From Lachnospiraceae bacterium (GTDB lineage Bacteria; Bacillota; Clostridia; Lachnospirales; Lachnospiraceae), in contig JAJQHY010000087.1 of assembly GCA_021199495.1 (NCBI GenBank), positions 13,628 through 77,627 of the forward strand: a DNA stretch of 64,000 nucleotides, written 5' to 3'. The notes beneath the pieces are model-generated. The model was given only the letters and a program-made list of their open reading frames with translations, made no database searches and had not been told where the DNA came from. Shown piece after piece: positions 21,597 through 31,333 of this stretch. How positions within the stretch are numbered: position 1 is the stretch's first letter; each line of letters starts with the position of its first letter. The translations under genes and the position numbers were made by a program.

Positions 21597-22838
21597 ATGA
21601 AATTTACAATCGACACAGAGGAGAACAAAGCTTATCTGAAGGAACTGGCGCAGGAACTTTTAAAGTTTGCGGTCCGTTTTCCGTCACCCGGCGGGAGCGC
21701 GTATTATCTGCATGACGATGGTTCGCCCTGGGTGGAGAAAACTCTGGACAATTATGAGACCTGCAGGATGGTGCACAGCTATTGTATCGGTTCATTCCTG
21801 GGTTTCCCTGGAAGCGAAGAGCTGGTGCGGGCGGGTTTGAAAAGTCTGAACGGTGAAATGCAGGACCATTTAAACGGCGGCTGGTTTACCAGTATTTATG
21901 CAGATGGCACAGGTGTGCCGGGCAAACTCTGTTATGCGCACGCCTTTGTAATTCTGGCAGCCTCAAGTGCCATGCTTGCCGGAATGGAGGGCGCGAGGGA
22001 GCTTTTTGACAAGGCTGTCGCAACGTTTGATCAGTATTATTGGGATGAGAAGGAAGGCTTAAGCCGGGATACCTGGAACGATGATTTCACAGTGCTGGAT
22101 TCCTACCGTGGGGTCAATTCCAATATGCATACGGTGGAGGCGTTTCTGGCAGCCGCCGATGTGACAGGGGAGGAGAAGTATCGTATCCGGGCTGGCAGAG
22201 TGATCGATCATGTAGTGCAATGGTCTGCAGACAACAGCTGGCGGATCCCGGAACATTACACCTCCGACTGGATTCCGGATCTGGAATGCAACCGGGACAG
22301 GCCGGATGACCAGTTTAAGCCTTACGGCGCGACGCCCGGCCATGGAATTGAGTGGGCCAGGCTGATTACACAGTGGGCGCTCTCGACCTATACGGATCAG
22401 CCGGAGAAATACGGAAAATATGTAGAAGCGGCTGAAAATCTCTTCCTGCGCGCGGTGAAGGACGGTTGGTCTGTGGACGGCGCCAGGGGGATTGTCTATA
22501 CGACTGACTGGAACGGAAAACCGGTTGTTCATGATCGGATGCAATGGACACTGGCGGAGGGAATCAACACGTCTGCTGTACTTTACAGAGTTACGGGAAA
22601 GCCGGAATATGCCGCGTATTATCATGATTTCCTGCAATATCTGGAGGAAGAGGTGCGGGACCATCAGTATGGCAACTGGATTCACCAACTGGATCAGCAC
22701 AATCATAAGCTGGAAACTGTCTGGCCGGGAAAGCCGGATATCTATCACGCGCTGCAGTCCATGTTGATTCCATATCTGGATCCCGCGGTTTCAGTGGCTG
22801 TCGCGGTCAGGAACAGTATAACTGACAGTTCATTTTGA
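21597..22838 (+). CDS. AGE-family epimerase/isomerase (N-acylglucosamine 2-epimerase / sugar isomerase fold)
   Basis: Start trimmed to MKFTIDT after AAGGAGG. About 413 aa (alpha/alpha)6-type sequence with NSNMHTVEAFLAA and GHGIEWARL motifs. Confidence 0.8.
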   Translation: MKFTIDTEENKAYLKELAQELLKFAVRFPSPGGSAYYLHDDGSPWVEKTLDNYETCRMVHSYCIGSFLGFPGSEELVRAGLKSLNGEMQDHLNGGWFTSIYADGTGVPGKLCYAHAFVILAASSAMLAGMEGARELFDKAVATFDQYYWDEKEGLSRDTWNDDFTVLDSYRGVNSNMHTVEAFLAAADVTGEEKYRIRAGRVIDHVVQWSADNSWRIPEHYTSDWIPDLECNRDRPDDQFKPYGATPGHGIEWARLITQWALSTYTDQPEKYGKYVEAAENLFLRAVKDGWSVDGARGIVYTTDWNGKPVVHDRMQWTLAEGINTSAVLYRVTGKPEYAAYYHDFLQYLEEEVRDHQYGNWIHQLDQHNHKLETVWPGKPDIYHALQSMLIPYLDPAVSVAVAVRNSITDSSF

Positions 22839-22950
22839 AAAGCCTTTTGAATACTTTTCCGAAACTTTTAAATTAAGCTTGTGAAAGAGGATAATTGCAA
22901 TTATAATGATTGTAAAACAGGCGCAAGCGGGAAGGAATGGAGAGGCTGTG

Positions 22951-24630
22951 ATGGAAAAGCGAAGATTGCCGATTGGAACTGACAATTTCATAAAACTACG
23001 TCAAAATAACCTTTATTACGTGGATAAGACCGGCCTGATCAGGGAATTGCTGGAAAGCTGGAGTGAAGTCACGCTTTTTACGCGGCCGCGGCGCTTCGGG
23101 AAGACTTTAAATACCAGTATGTTGAAGGCATTCTTTGAAATTGGAACAGATAAAAGATTTTTTGACGGGCTGGCTATCTCTCAGGAAAAAGAAATCTGTG
23201 AGCAATACCTGGGTAAGTTCCCGGTTATTTCCATTAGTTTAAAAACTGTGGATGCCGCAGATTATGACTCTGCCCGTTTGAGACTGTGGAATGTAATCAG
23301 GGAGGAAGCAGAGCGGTTTGCAGTTTTGCTTCAAAGTGAGCGTCTCGATGAACTGGATAAAGAGAATTTTACGCGTCTGAGAAAAGGGGAAGGTAATTTG
23401 GAGGAAAGCCTGTTGATGCTTTCCAGAATTCTTTGCAAGCATTACGATAAAAAGGTTATTATATTAATAGATGAATATGATGTTCCTCTGGACAGGGCTG
23501 CCAGGTATGAATATTATGACAGGATGATTATTCTGATCCGTACGATGTTCAGCGCGGTACTGAAGAGCAATGATTATTTACAGTTTGCGGTTCTTACCGG
23601 TTGTATGAGAATCTCAAAGGAAAGTCTTTTTTCGGATTTAAATAATCTGAAGGTATATTCAATTGTCGATAATCGTTTTGATGAGTGGTTTGGTTTTACT
23701 GACGCTGAAGTAAGGAAAATGTTGGACGACTATGAGCTGACAGAGTATTACGAGCAGACGAAGGAATGGTACGATGGTTATCGGATGGGTCAGCAGGATG
23801 TGTATTGTCCATGGGATGTGATTAACTGGTGTGACAAGCTAATCAACGATACCAATCACGATCCGGAAAATTTCTGGGCAAATACCAGCGGGGATGATCG
23901 CATTGTGCAGTTTGTGGATATGGCGGATGACGCCACAAAGAGAGAATTGGAGCGATTATCAGCTGGAGAAAGCATAGAGAAAAATCTGAAGCTCAATTTG
24001 ACCTACAATGAGCTTGGCAGTAGTATCAACCATTTCTGGAGCGTTCTTTTCACCGCGGGATATCTGACACAGTGCGGGAAGAATGAATATGGAGAATACA
24101 AGCTCGTTATTCCCAATAAAGAGATTAATCATGTTTTTGACCAACAGATTAAGCGCTGTTTTTATCAAAAAATAGGCAGTAACCTGAAGACATTGTATAA
24201 AGCGTTTTCTGAGGGCAATGCGCAAACTGTAGAGGAACAACTGAATGCCAGCATGCAGGAGTCCATCAGTTTTATGGACGGAGGCAATTCAGATGAACAG
24301 AAAGAATCCTTTTATCATGGTCTTTTGCTGGGTATGCTTAAAGATCGAAGCGGCTGGAAAATCCGCTCCAATAGAGAAGCTGGTAATGGGCGAGCTGATA
24401 TTATAGTGTCAGACCAGCTTCATAACAGCGGTTATATTATCGAGGTCAAATACGCAAAAGATGCGAAAAGTGAGCATGATAAGACTGCTCTTTCCAGGTG
24501 GTCGGATATCGCATTGAGGCAGATAGATTCGCAGGAGTATCATCAGTATTTTGAGGGTGAGGACGTCCAACATATTTTCAGGTATGGAATTGCGTTTTAT
24601 AAAAAGATATGTGTGGTGAAAACACAATAA
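22951..24630 (+). CDS. AAA-ATPase-like protein with C-terminal PD-(D/E)XK nuclease-like domain
   Basis: N-terminus LPIGTDNFIKLRQNNLYYVDKTGLI...RPRRFGKT, and C-terminal GNGRADIIV...IIEVKYAK. This is the classic AAA-ATPase_like + PDDEXK_9 architecture. Confidence 0.8.
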   Translation: MEKRRLPIGTDNFIKLRQNNLYYVDKTGLIRELLESWSEVTLFTRPRRFGKTLNTSMLKAFFEIGTDKRFFDGLAISQEKEICEQYLGKFPVISISLKTVDAADYDSARLRLWNVIREEAERFAVLLQSERLDELDKENFTRLRKGEGNLEESLLMLSRILCKHYDKKVIILIDEYDVPLDRAARYEYYDRMIILIRTMFSAVLKSNDYLQFAVLTGCMRISKESLFSDLNNLKVYSIVDNRFDEWFGFTDAEVRKMLDDYELTEYYEQTKEWYDGYRMGQQDVYCPWDVINWCDKLINDTNHDPENFWANTSGDDRIVQFVDMADDATKRELERLSAGESIEKNLKLNLTYNELGSSINHFWSVLFTAGYLTQCGKNEYGEYKLVIPNKEINHVFDQQIKRCFYQKIGSNLKTLYKAFSEGNAQTVEEQLNASMQESISFMDGGNSDEQKESFYHGLLLGMLKDRSGWKIRSNREAGNGRADIIVSDQLHNSGYIIEVKYAKDAKSEHDKTALSRWSDIALRQIDSQEYHQYFEGEDVQHIFRYGIAFYKKICVVKTQ

Positions 24631-24644
24631 AGCGGCATATATTT

Positions 24645-25499
24645 TCAGTTTCGTCTCGCCCGATTCTCGTTCCTCCATTCTCTGGGGGAGACCCCATACA
24701 CAGATTTAAAAGCTCTCGAGAAATGCAGTTGGTTTGGATAGCCGACTGCATTTCCTGTGTCTGCCACCGACATATCTGTCAGTTTTAAGAGTTCCGCCGC
24801 CTTTGTCATGCGGTAGGAGATGAGAAACTGCTGCGGGGACTTTCCCGTAGCTTCGTGAAATATCTTTCCGAAATAACTTCGGTTCAGGCCGCAGACCGCG
24901 GCAATCTCTTCCACAGTAATCGCATTCTGAAAATTCTGCTCAATGTAGGTGAGGGCTTCCTTGACGTAGAAGTCTCTGAGTGTGCTGCCCTGGTTTAAGC
25001 GCATGGAGCCGGAGGCGCGCATGAAAAAGTCGATAAAAAGATAGAGGTGACCGATCAGGTGAAAGGGGGATTCCTCCCGGTGTTCGACGATGTAGAGCAT
25101 CTCGTTTTTCATCGCTTCGGCAGTATCCTTGCTGCGTGCTTTGAAGACGGGGTTGTCTGGACTTAAACCTGCCAGTTCCACGGATTCCTTGGCGCGCAGG
25201 CCGTCAAATTCCAGCCACGTGTATTCCCAGGGAAGATTGCGGTCAGCGATGTAGGTCGTGATCTGGCCGGGAAACAGCATGAAACCCTGGCCGCTTCTGA
25301 TTTGGTAGGTGATGGTCTCGCCCCTGCTGTTGTCGGCGTAGAGGGTGCCGGTGCCGGAGAGGCAGTAATGGAAGAGATAGTGGTTTCTGGCAGCCGGACC
25401 GAAGGAGTGGGAAGGGTCGCACTGCTCCCTGCCGAACTGGTACAGGCCCAGGTCTACGAAGTTTTCACTGGGGAAGACGGAAAAAATCAGATTGCTCAT
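24645..25499 (-). CDS. AraC-family regulator, MsmR-like, divergent from the raffinose operon
   Basis: 284 aa with a cupin N-domain and an AraC HTH (GYPNQLHFSRAFKSVYGVSP). GGAGG RBS. Confidence 0.85.
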   Translation of the reverse strand: MSNLIFSVFPSENFVDLGLYQFGREQCDPSHSFGPAARNHYLFHYCLSGTGTLYADNSRGETITYQIRSGQGFMLFPGQITTYIADRNLPWEYTWLEFDGLRAKESVELAGLSPDNPVFKARSKDTAEAMKNEMLYIVEHREESPFHLIGHLYLFIDFFMRASGSMRLNQGSTLRDFYVKEALTYIEQNFQNAITVEEIAAVCGLNRSYFGKIFHEATGKSPQQFLISYRMTKAAELLKLTDMSVADTGNAVGYPNQLHFSRAFKSVYGVSPREWRNENRARRN

Positions 25500-25543
25500 T
25501 TAACACCTCCAGGTGAGCCATGCCAACTCAGTAGAATCCTAAT

Positions 25544-25659
25544 GGGCAGAGACTCGAAAAATCAAAGATTTTTCGAGTTCGCTTCGCTCGTCAAATGAAC
25601 AAAATCCCGTCTGTCCGCGCAAACGCGAAAGTCGCTCTTTTGTTCATTTTCCTCTGCCC
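25544..25659. repeat. Structured intergenic palindromic element (A)
   Basis: Outer inverted repeat GGGCAGAG/CTCTGCCC encloses hairpin CTCGAAAAATC-AAA-GATTTTTCGAG and a second pair AAATGAACAAAA/TTTTGTTCATTT. Confidence 0.6.
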
Positions 25660-25833
25660 TGTCCGGACATTATATACCAAAATGCGTCATGACTTCAAGT
25701 ATAGAAGTAAAAAACGGCAAAAATCCATAAAATAACCGATATTCAGCCATTCATTGCAAGCATAATGACATGTTACAATGCGTTTATCAACCATGTTGAA
25801 TCCCGGGAAATCAAAAATTAAAGGAGAAATGCT

Positions 25834-27126
25834 ATGAAACCAGAGAGGGGTAAACGCGCGAGGCGATCCCTGGGGCTTGTGGCCGCAGGAGTTGTCCTGG
25901 CCGGATTTTCACTCACCGGCTGCGGCGGCAGTACGGAGAGTGAAAAAACCGTGATTGAGATCGTGCAGTACAAGCCCGAGGCGGCGGACTATTTTGAGGC
26001 GCTCGAGGATGAGTTTAACGCAACGCATGATGATATTGAGTTAAAAATCAGCTCGCCCAACGACGCCAGCACGATCTTAAAAACCCGTTTCATCCGGGAA
26101 GATTATCCGGATATCATCGGGATTGGCGGCGATATCAACTATTCCTATTATGTGGACGCCGGCATTCTGGCGGATGTTTCCGACTATGAGGGGCTTGCGG
26201 ACGTCAACGAGGGGTATCTGGAGATTCTGGAGAACCTGGAATTTGTGCCGGTAGACGGAACCTACGGCGTCCCCTATGTGGCCAATGCGGCCGGTATCCT
26301 GTACAACGTTGACCTGTTCGAGGAGTATGGCTGGGAAATTCCGACTACATGGGATGAGTTGATTGCTTTGTGCGAAGAAATCTCCAGTGAAGGAATTTTA
26401 CCGTTTTATTTCGGCTACAAGGATACCTGGACCTGTCTGGCACCCTGGAATGCTATCGCGGTGAGCCTGTGCGATGCGGATGTGACCAAACAGGTGAACC
26501 GCGGGGAGACGACTTTTACCAAAGAGTACCGAGAGACAGCGGAGAAATATCTGGCGCTTTTGCAGTACGGCGAGGACGGGCCTTTCGCCTATGGCTACAA
26601 TGACGCCTGTACGGCCTTCGCCAGAGGACAGTCCGCCATGTATATGATCGGCAGCTATGCGGCGCCGCAGATTTTGTCGGTCAATCCGGATATGAACCTG
26701 GGCTCCTTTGTCCTTCCGGCCAACGATGACGCGGACGGCAACACACTCAACTCCGGCATTGATTTGATGTTCTGTGTGACGGAGGCCTGTGAAAATAAGG
26801 AAGCGGCCTATGAGGTACTGGATTTTCTCATGGAAAACGAAAATATCCAGCAGTACATAGACGATCAGACGGCCATCCCCTGCAAGAACGGCGACTTTAC
26901 CTTATCGCCTATTCTGGACGGCATGGCGGACTATATCGAGTCCGGCAATATGACCGACTTCCAGGATCATTACTATCCGTCGGAAATGTCCGTGGACGCC
27001 ATGCTGCAGACCTTCTTAATCGAGCAGGATGTGGATGCCTTCCTTGCGGATTTTGATACTGACTGGCAGCGGTATAACCGGGATATCATCCGCATGGTGC
27101 AGGATTACGAGGCCTCGCGGGAATAG
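25834..27126 (+). CDS. ABC sugar-binding lipoprotein (MsmE-like)
   Basis: Signal peptide with lipobox (LTGCGG). 430 aa family 1 SBP and first gene of the msm-like operon. Confidence 0.85.
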   Translation: MKPERGKRARRSLGLVAAGVVLAGFSLTGCGGSTESEKTVIEIVQYKPEAADYFEALEDEFNATHDDIELKISSPNDASTILKTRFIREDYPDIIGIGGDINYSYYVDAGILADVSDYEGLADVNEGYLEILENLEFVPVDGTYGVPYVANAAGILYNVDLFEEYGWEIPTTWDELIALCEEISSEGILPFYFGYKDTWTCLAPWNAIAVSLCDADVTKQVNRGETTFTKEYRETAEKYLALLQYGEDGPFAYGYNDACTAFARGQSAMYMIGSYAAPQILSVNPDMNLGSFVLPANDDADGNTLNSGIDLMFCVTEACENKEAAYEVLDFLMENENIQQYIDDQTAIPCKNGDFTLSPILDGMADYIESGNMTDFQDHYYPSEMSVDAMLQTFLIEQDVDAFLADFDTDWQRYNRDIIRMVQDYEASRE

Positions 27127-27146
27127 GGAAAGGAGAGCGGATTAAA

Positions 27147-28013
27147 ATGAAAAATGACAGAAAAGTAACCTTTTTACTGATCACCATCCCGATACTGGCG
27201 CTGTTTGTCTGCTTTAATACAATCCCGCTGATTCGCGGTGTGATTTACAGCTTTACCAATTTCAGAGGATACGGCAGCTATGACTGGGTTGGGCTGCGCA
27301 ATTATATCGACCTGTTTTCGGACGCGAGAGTGGGAAAGTCCTATCTTTTTACCTTTAAGCTGGCGATTGTGACGACCATTGTGGTCAATGTGGTGAGCCT
27401 TCTTCTGGCGCTGTGCTTAAACAGTAAAATCCGGGCGAAGAGCTTTTTTAGGGGCGCGTATTTTCTGCCCAATGTGTTAGGCTCTCTGGTGGTCGGCTAT
27501 ATTTTCAACTATTTCTTTACTTATATTTTGCCGGCCATTGGCAGTATGATTGGCAGCGAGGCGCTCAGCACCAGTATTTTGTCAAGAACCGGCACAGCAT
27601 GGATCGGCATCAGCATCGTCTGCGCCTGGCAGTCCATTGCCATGAACACCATCATTTATATTTCGGGTCTGCAGACCGTGCCGGAGGATGTATATGAGGC
27701 GGGCGGCTTAGACGGCGCGACCGGCTGGAAGCAGTTTCGTTACCTGACCTTCCCGTTAATCATTCCTTTTTTCTCCATCAATATGGTGTTGTGTGTGAAA
27801 AACTTCCTGATGGTCTTTGACCAGATTGTGGCTTTGACCCAGGGAGGTCCGGCGCAGAGCACGGAGTCCATATCGTATCTGATTTATAATAACGGTATGT
27901 CGGGCGGCCAGTTCGGCTTCCAGAGCGCCAATGCGGTGGTCTTCTTCATTGTCATTGTGGTCATTTCCGTGACGCAGATGCGGATTACGTCGAGTAAGGA
28001 GGAGCAGTTATAA
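27147..28013 (+). CDS. ABC sugar permease (MsmF-like)
   Basis: Six-TM permease with an EAGGLDGATGWKQFRYLTFP loop. Confidence 0.85.
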   Translation: MKNDRKVTFLLITIPILALFVCFNTIPLIRGVIYSFTNFRGYGSYDWVGLRNYIDLFSDARVGKSYLFTFKLAIVTTIVVNVVSLLLALCLNSKIRAKSFFRGAYFLPNVLGSLVVGYIFNYFFTYILPAIGSMIGSEALSTSILSRTGTAWIGISIVCAWQSIAMNTIIYISGLQTVPEDVYEAGGLDGATGWKQFRYLTFPLIIPFFSINMVLCVKNFLMVFDQIVALTQGGPAQSTESISYLIYNNGMSGGQFGFQSANAVVFFIVIVVISVTQMRITSSKEEQL

Positions 28014-28849
28014 TGAAAATCAGGCATAAAAGCAACTGGGGCGCCATGACGGTTCTGATACTGGGCCTCTCGACCATTATTTTCCCACTGTATATGACAG
28101 TGGTGATCGCTTTCAAACAGCCGTCGGAAATGACAAATTCGATCAGCGGGATTCTGTCCCTGCCCGCCTCCTGGAGTCTGCAGAATTTTAAGGAGGCGAT
28201 GGAAATCACGGATTTCTGGCATTCTCTTTTTAACAGCCTGAAAATTACGGTTTTGACGGTGGTGCTGGCGGTGGTGCTGCACTCCCTGATGGGCTACGCG
28301 CTGGGCAGGAACAAAAAGAGCAGTAAATTTTATAACTTTGTCTATCTTTTCATCGTCAGCGGCATGTTTGTTCCCTTTGCCATTCTGATGATGCCGCTGG
28401 CCAAGCAGACGGCGGAAATGGGGCTGGACAACTGGTTCGGTGTCGTGCTATTGTATGTAGTGTTCTACATGCCGATGAATATTATGCTGTATTCAGGCTA
28501 TCTGGTCAATATCCCGATCGCCCTGGAGGAGGCAGCCAGAGTGGACGGGGCTTCCACCTGGAGAACGTACTGGACGATTATTTTCCCGATCATGCGGCCC
28601 ATGCACGCCACTGTGGCGGTTCTGACAGCTCTGTCCGTCTGGAATGACGTGATGACGCCTCTGGTGATTATGGCCGGCTCGGATGAAAATACGCTGCCGC
28701 TCGCACAGTTGAATTTCCAGTCGCAGTTTGGAACGAATTATAACTTGGCTTTCGCTTCCTATCTGCTGGCGCTGATCCCGATTCTGATTTTCTATGTGAT
28801 CTGCCAGAAGCAGATTTTGAACGGAGTCGTGAACGGAGCAGTGAAGTAG
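28013..28849 (+). CDS. ABC sugar permease (MsmG-like)
   Basis: TAATG start/stop overlap with the upstream permease. EAARVDGAS signature. Confidence 0.85.
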   Translation: MKIRHKSNWGAMTVLILGLSTIIFPLYMTVVIAFKQPSEMTNSISGILSLPASWSLQNFKEAMEITDFWHSLFNSLKITVLTVVLAVVLHSLMGYALGRNKKSSKFYNFVYLFIVSGMFVPFAILMMPLAKQTAEMGLDNWFGVVLLYVVFYMPMNIMLYSGYLVNIPIALEEAARVDGASTWRTYWTIIFPIMRPMHATVAVLTALSVWNDVMTPLVIMAGSDENTLPLAQLNFQSQFGTNYNLAFASYLLALIPILIFYVICQKQILNGVVNGAVK

Positions 28850-28891
28850 GGCGGTATTGAAAATTATATCAAAGAGGGAATTGAAAACAAC

Positions 28892-31075
28892 ATGGCAATT
28901 ATTTTTCAGGAAAAAGAACGGATTTTTACATTACAGACTTTACATACCACCTACCAGATGAAGGCGGATGCCCGCGGCGCGCTGCTCCATTTATATTATG
29001 GAAAGAAGGCGGCTGGGAGCCTGGATTATCTTTTAACCTTCCATGACAGGGCTTTTTCCGGAAATCCGGCGGATGTGGGCAATGACCGCACCTATTCCAT
29101 GGATACGCTTCCTTTGGAATATCCGACGCTGGGTGTGGGAGACTACAGAAATCCGGCGCTTGTTTTAGAAAATGGCGACGGTACGGTCTGCGCGGACCTG
29201 CGGTACTGCTCACATGAAATCAGAAACGGCAAATATGCGCTTCAGGGTCTTCCGGCGGTGTTTGCCGGTGAGGAGGAGGCACAGACGCTCTCCATTCTGC
29301 TGAAGGATTCTGTGAGCGGTGTCTGCGTGGAGTTATTATATGGAGTGTTGGAACGGGAGGATATTATTACCCGTGCAGCAGTGATCACAAACGCGGGAAA
29401 GGACACCGTAATCATACAGAAAGCGGCGTCCGCCTGCCTGGACTTCCTTTACGGGGAGTATGAACTGATCAGTTTTTATGGCAGGCATGCCATGGAACGG
29501 AGCGTGCAGCGCATGCCGGTAGGGCATGGCAGTTTTTCTGTCGGCAGCAGGCGGGGAACTTCCTCCCATCAGTACAACCCGGGTGTGATTCTGACCGGAA
29601 AGCATACCACGGAGGAGCAGGGCGGCTGCTATGGCCTTCTGTTTGCGTACAGCGGTAATTTCAGCTGTGAGGCGGAGAAGGACCAGTTTGATCAGACCAG
29701 AGTGCTGATGGGACTGGGGACGGATTTTCTGCGCTATCCATTGCAGCCGGGAGAGTGCTTTACTGTGCCGGAGACGATTATGTGCTATTCTGATCAGGGA
29801 TTGGGAGAGCTGTCCCGTCATTATCATGACTGTATCCGTCATCATATCTGCCGCGGCAAATATGCGAAGGAGACCCGGCCGCTTTTATTAAACAGCTGGG
29901 AGGGTGCTTATTTTCACTTTACGGGAGAGACGATTGTAAATCTTGCCAGAGAGGCGAAGCCGCTGGGGATTGACATGGTGGTCATGGACGACGGCTGGTT
30001 TGGAAAGCGGGATAATGACTTTAGCGGCCTGGGCGACTGGCAGGCCAACGAGGAAAAGCTTCAGATGTCGCTGGGCGAGTTGGTCAAGCGGGTCAATGAC
30101 GAGGGCGTGCGCTTTGGAATCTGGATGGAGCCGGAGATGGTCTCTGAGGACAGTGACCTGTACCGGGCGCACCCGGACTGGGCGTTATGCTTCCCCGGCA
30201 GAGAGGCGGTCAGAGGAAGATACCAGCTGGTGCTGGATTTCTCCCGGGAGGATGTCCGGGAGGCGGTATTTACACAGGTCTGTGAGGTGCTGGATTCTGG
30301 GAATATTGAATATCTGAAGTGGGATTTTAACCGCAGTATTGCGGACATCGCTTCCGCGCAGCGTGTGCCGGGGAAGGTTACGTATGATTATATTCTGGGA
30401 CTTTATGATTTTCTGGAAAAACTTTCGGCCCGGTATCCGGAGCTTCTGATCGAGGGCTGCAGCGGGGGAGGCGGACGTTTTGATGCGGGGATGCTTTATT
30501 ATACGCCGCAGATCTGGTGCAGTGACAATACGGATGCTGCGGACAGGGCTTTTATCCAGTACGGCACATCCTTCTTTTATCCGGCCTGCACGATGGGCGC
30601 GCATGTCTCAGCTGTGCCGAACCACCAGACGGGACGGACAACGAGCCTTCAAACCCGCGGCGTCACGGCCATGGCAGGAACCTATGGCTTTGAACTGAAT
30701 CCGGCGCTGCTGACAGACGCGGAGAAGGAGGAAGTAAAAGAGCAGGTCCAGACCTTTAAAAGGGTGGAAGAGCTGGTCAGAAACGGGGATTATTATCGTC
30801 TGAGTGATCCGTATGAGGAGGCGTTTGCGGCCTGGGCGTTTGTGTCAAAAGAGAAAGACCGGGCGCTTTTAAGTGTGGTTATGCTTGAAAAGCACGCCAA
30901 TATGCCGGTTTCGTATGTCAGGCTGAGGGGGCTTTTGCCGGAAGAGATGTATGAGAATACGGCGGACGGCAGGGTGTATACGGGGTCCGCGCTGATGGAG
31001 GCGGGGATTGCGCTGCCACTGAAGATGGGGGAGTATCAGAGTTTTATGATGGAGTTTTGCAGGGGAGATAAATAG
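28892..31075 (+). CDS. Alpha-galactosidase, GH36
   Basis: 727 aa. Motifs VMDDGWFGKRDND, KWDFNR and CSGGGGRFD are typical of GH36 AgaA/RafA-type enzymes. Confidence 0.9.
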   Translation: MAIIFQEKERIFTLQTLHTTYQMKADARGALLHLYYGKKAAGSLDYLLTFHDRAFSGNPADVGNDRTYSMDTLPLEYPTLGVGDYRNPALVLENGDGTVCADLRYCSHEIRNGKYALQGLPAVFAGEEEAQTLSILLKDSVSGVCVELLYGVLEREDIITRAAVITNAGKDTVIIQKAASACLDFLYGEYELISFYGRHAMERSVQRMPVGHGSFSVGSRRGTSSHQYNPGVILTGKHTTEEQGGCYGLLFAYSGNFSCEAEKDQFDQTRVLMGLGTDFLRYPLQPGECFTVPETIMCYSDQGLGELSRHYHDCIRHHICRGKYAKETRPLLLNSWEGAYFHFTGETIVNLAREAKPLGIDMVVMDDGWFGKRDNDFSGLGDWQANEEKLQMSLGELVKRVNDEGVRFGIWMEPEMVSEDSDLYRAHPDWALCFPGREAVRGRYQLVLDFSREDVREAVFTQVCEVLDSGNIEYLKWDFNRSIADIASAQRVPGKVTYDYILGLYDFLEKLSARYPELLIEGCSGGGGRFDAGMLYYTPQIWCSDNTDAADRAFIQYGTSFFYPACTMGAHVSAVPNHQTGRTTSLQTRGVTAMAGTYGFELNPALLTDAEKEEVKEQVQTFKRVEELVRNGDYYRLSDPYEEAFAAWAFVSKEKDRALLSVVMLEKHANMPVSYVRLRGLLPEEMYENTADGRVYTGSALMEAGIALPLKMGEYQSFMMEFCRGDK

Positions 31076-31092
31076 CAATTAAGGGTCGTGAT

Positions 31093-31285
31093 AAATGCAG
31101 AAACTGTTTCGCTCATGCTGTGCGTAGCTGAGATAGGAAATCTCCGATTTCCGTAATCGAAGCTATACCTTGTGTAGGGCATTCCGATGAGCCTATGGGC
31201 GTGACAATCGTGTTCGGGTGTGGCCTCCACGATTGTCAATAGTCTCATCTCCATCGCACAAAAATCGCTCGACAGTATCTGCATT
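31093..31285. repeat. Structured intergenic palindromic element (B), related to element C
   Basis: Outer inverted repeat AAATGCAGA/TCTGCATT. Inner hairpins GGAAATC-TCC-GATTTCC and GACAATCGTG...CACGATTGTC. Shares CTGTTTCGCTCATGCT and TCGCTCGACAGTAT with the reverse complement of 44514-44554. Confidence 0.6.
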
Positions 31286-31333
31286 CACCACTCGGTATTG
31301 CAATTTATATCCGTAAATTAAGGGGGTTACAGC

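Noticed and set aside
25770-25800. Possible CcpA cre site near the msmE-like promoter
   Set aside because: The best candidate (reverse complement TTGATAAACGCATTG) violates the conserved A5 and C8 positions of the WTGNAANCGNWNNCW consensus.
31036-31284. 82-aa minus-strand ORF in the GH36 / phosphorylase intergenic region
   Set aside because: It coincides with the nested palindromic element B. Palindromes generate open frames on both strands, and there is no RBS.
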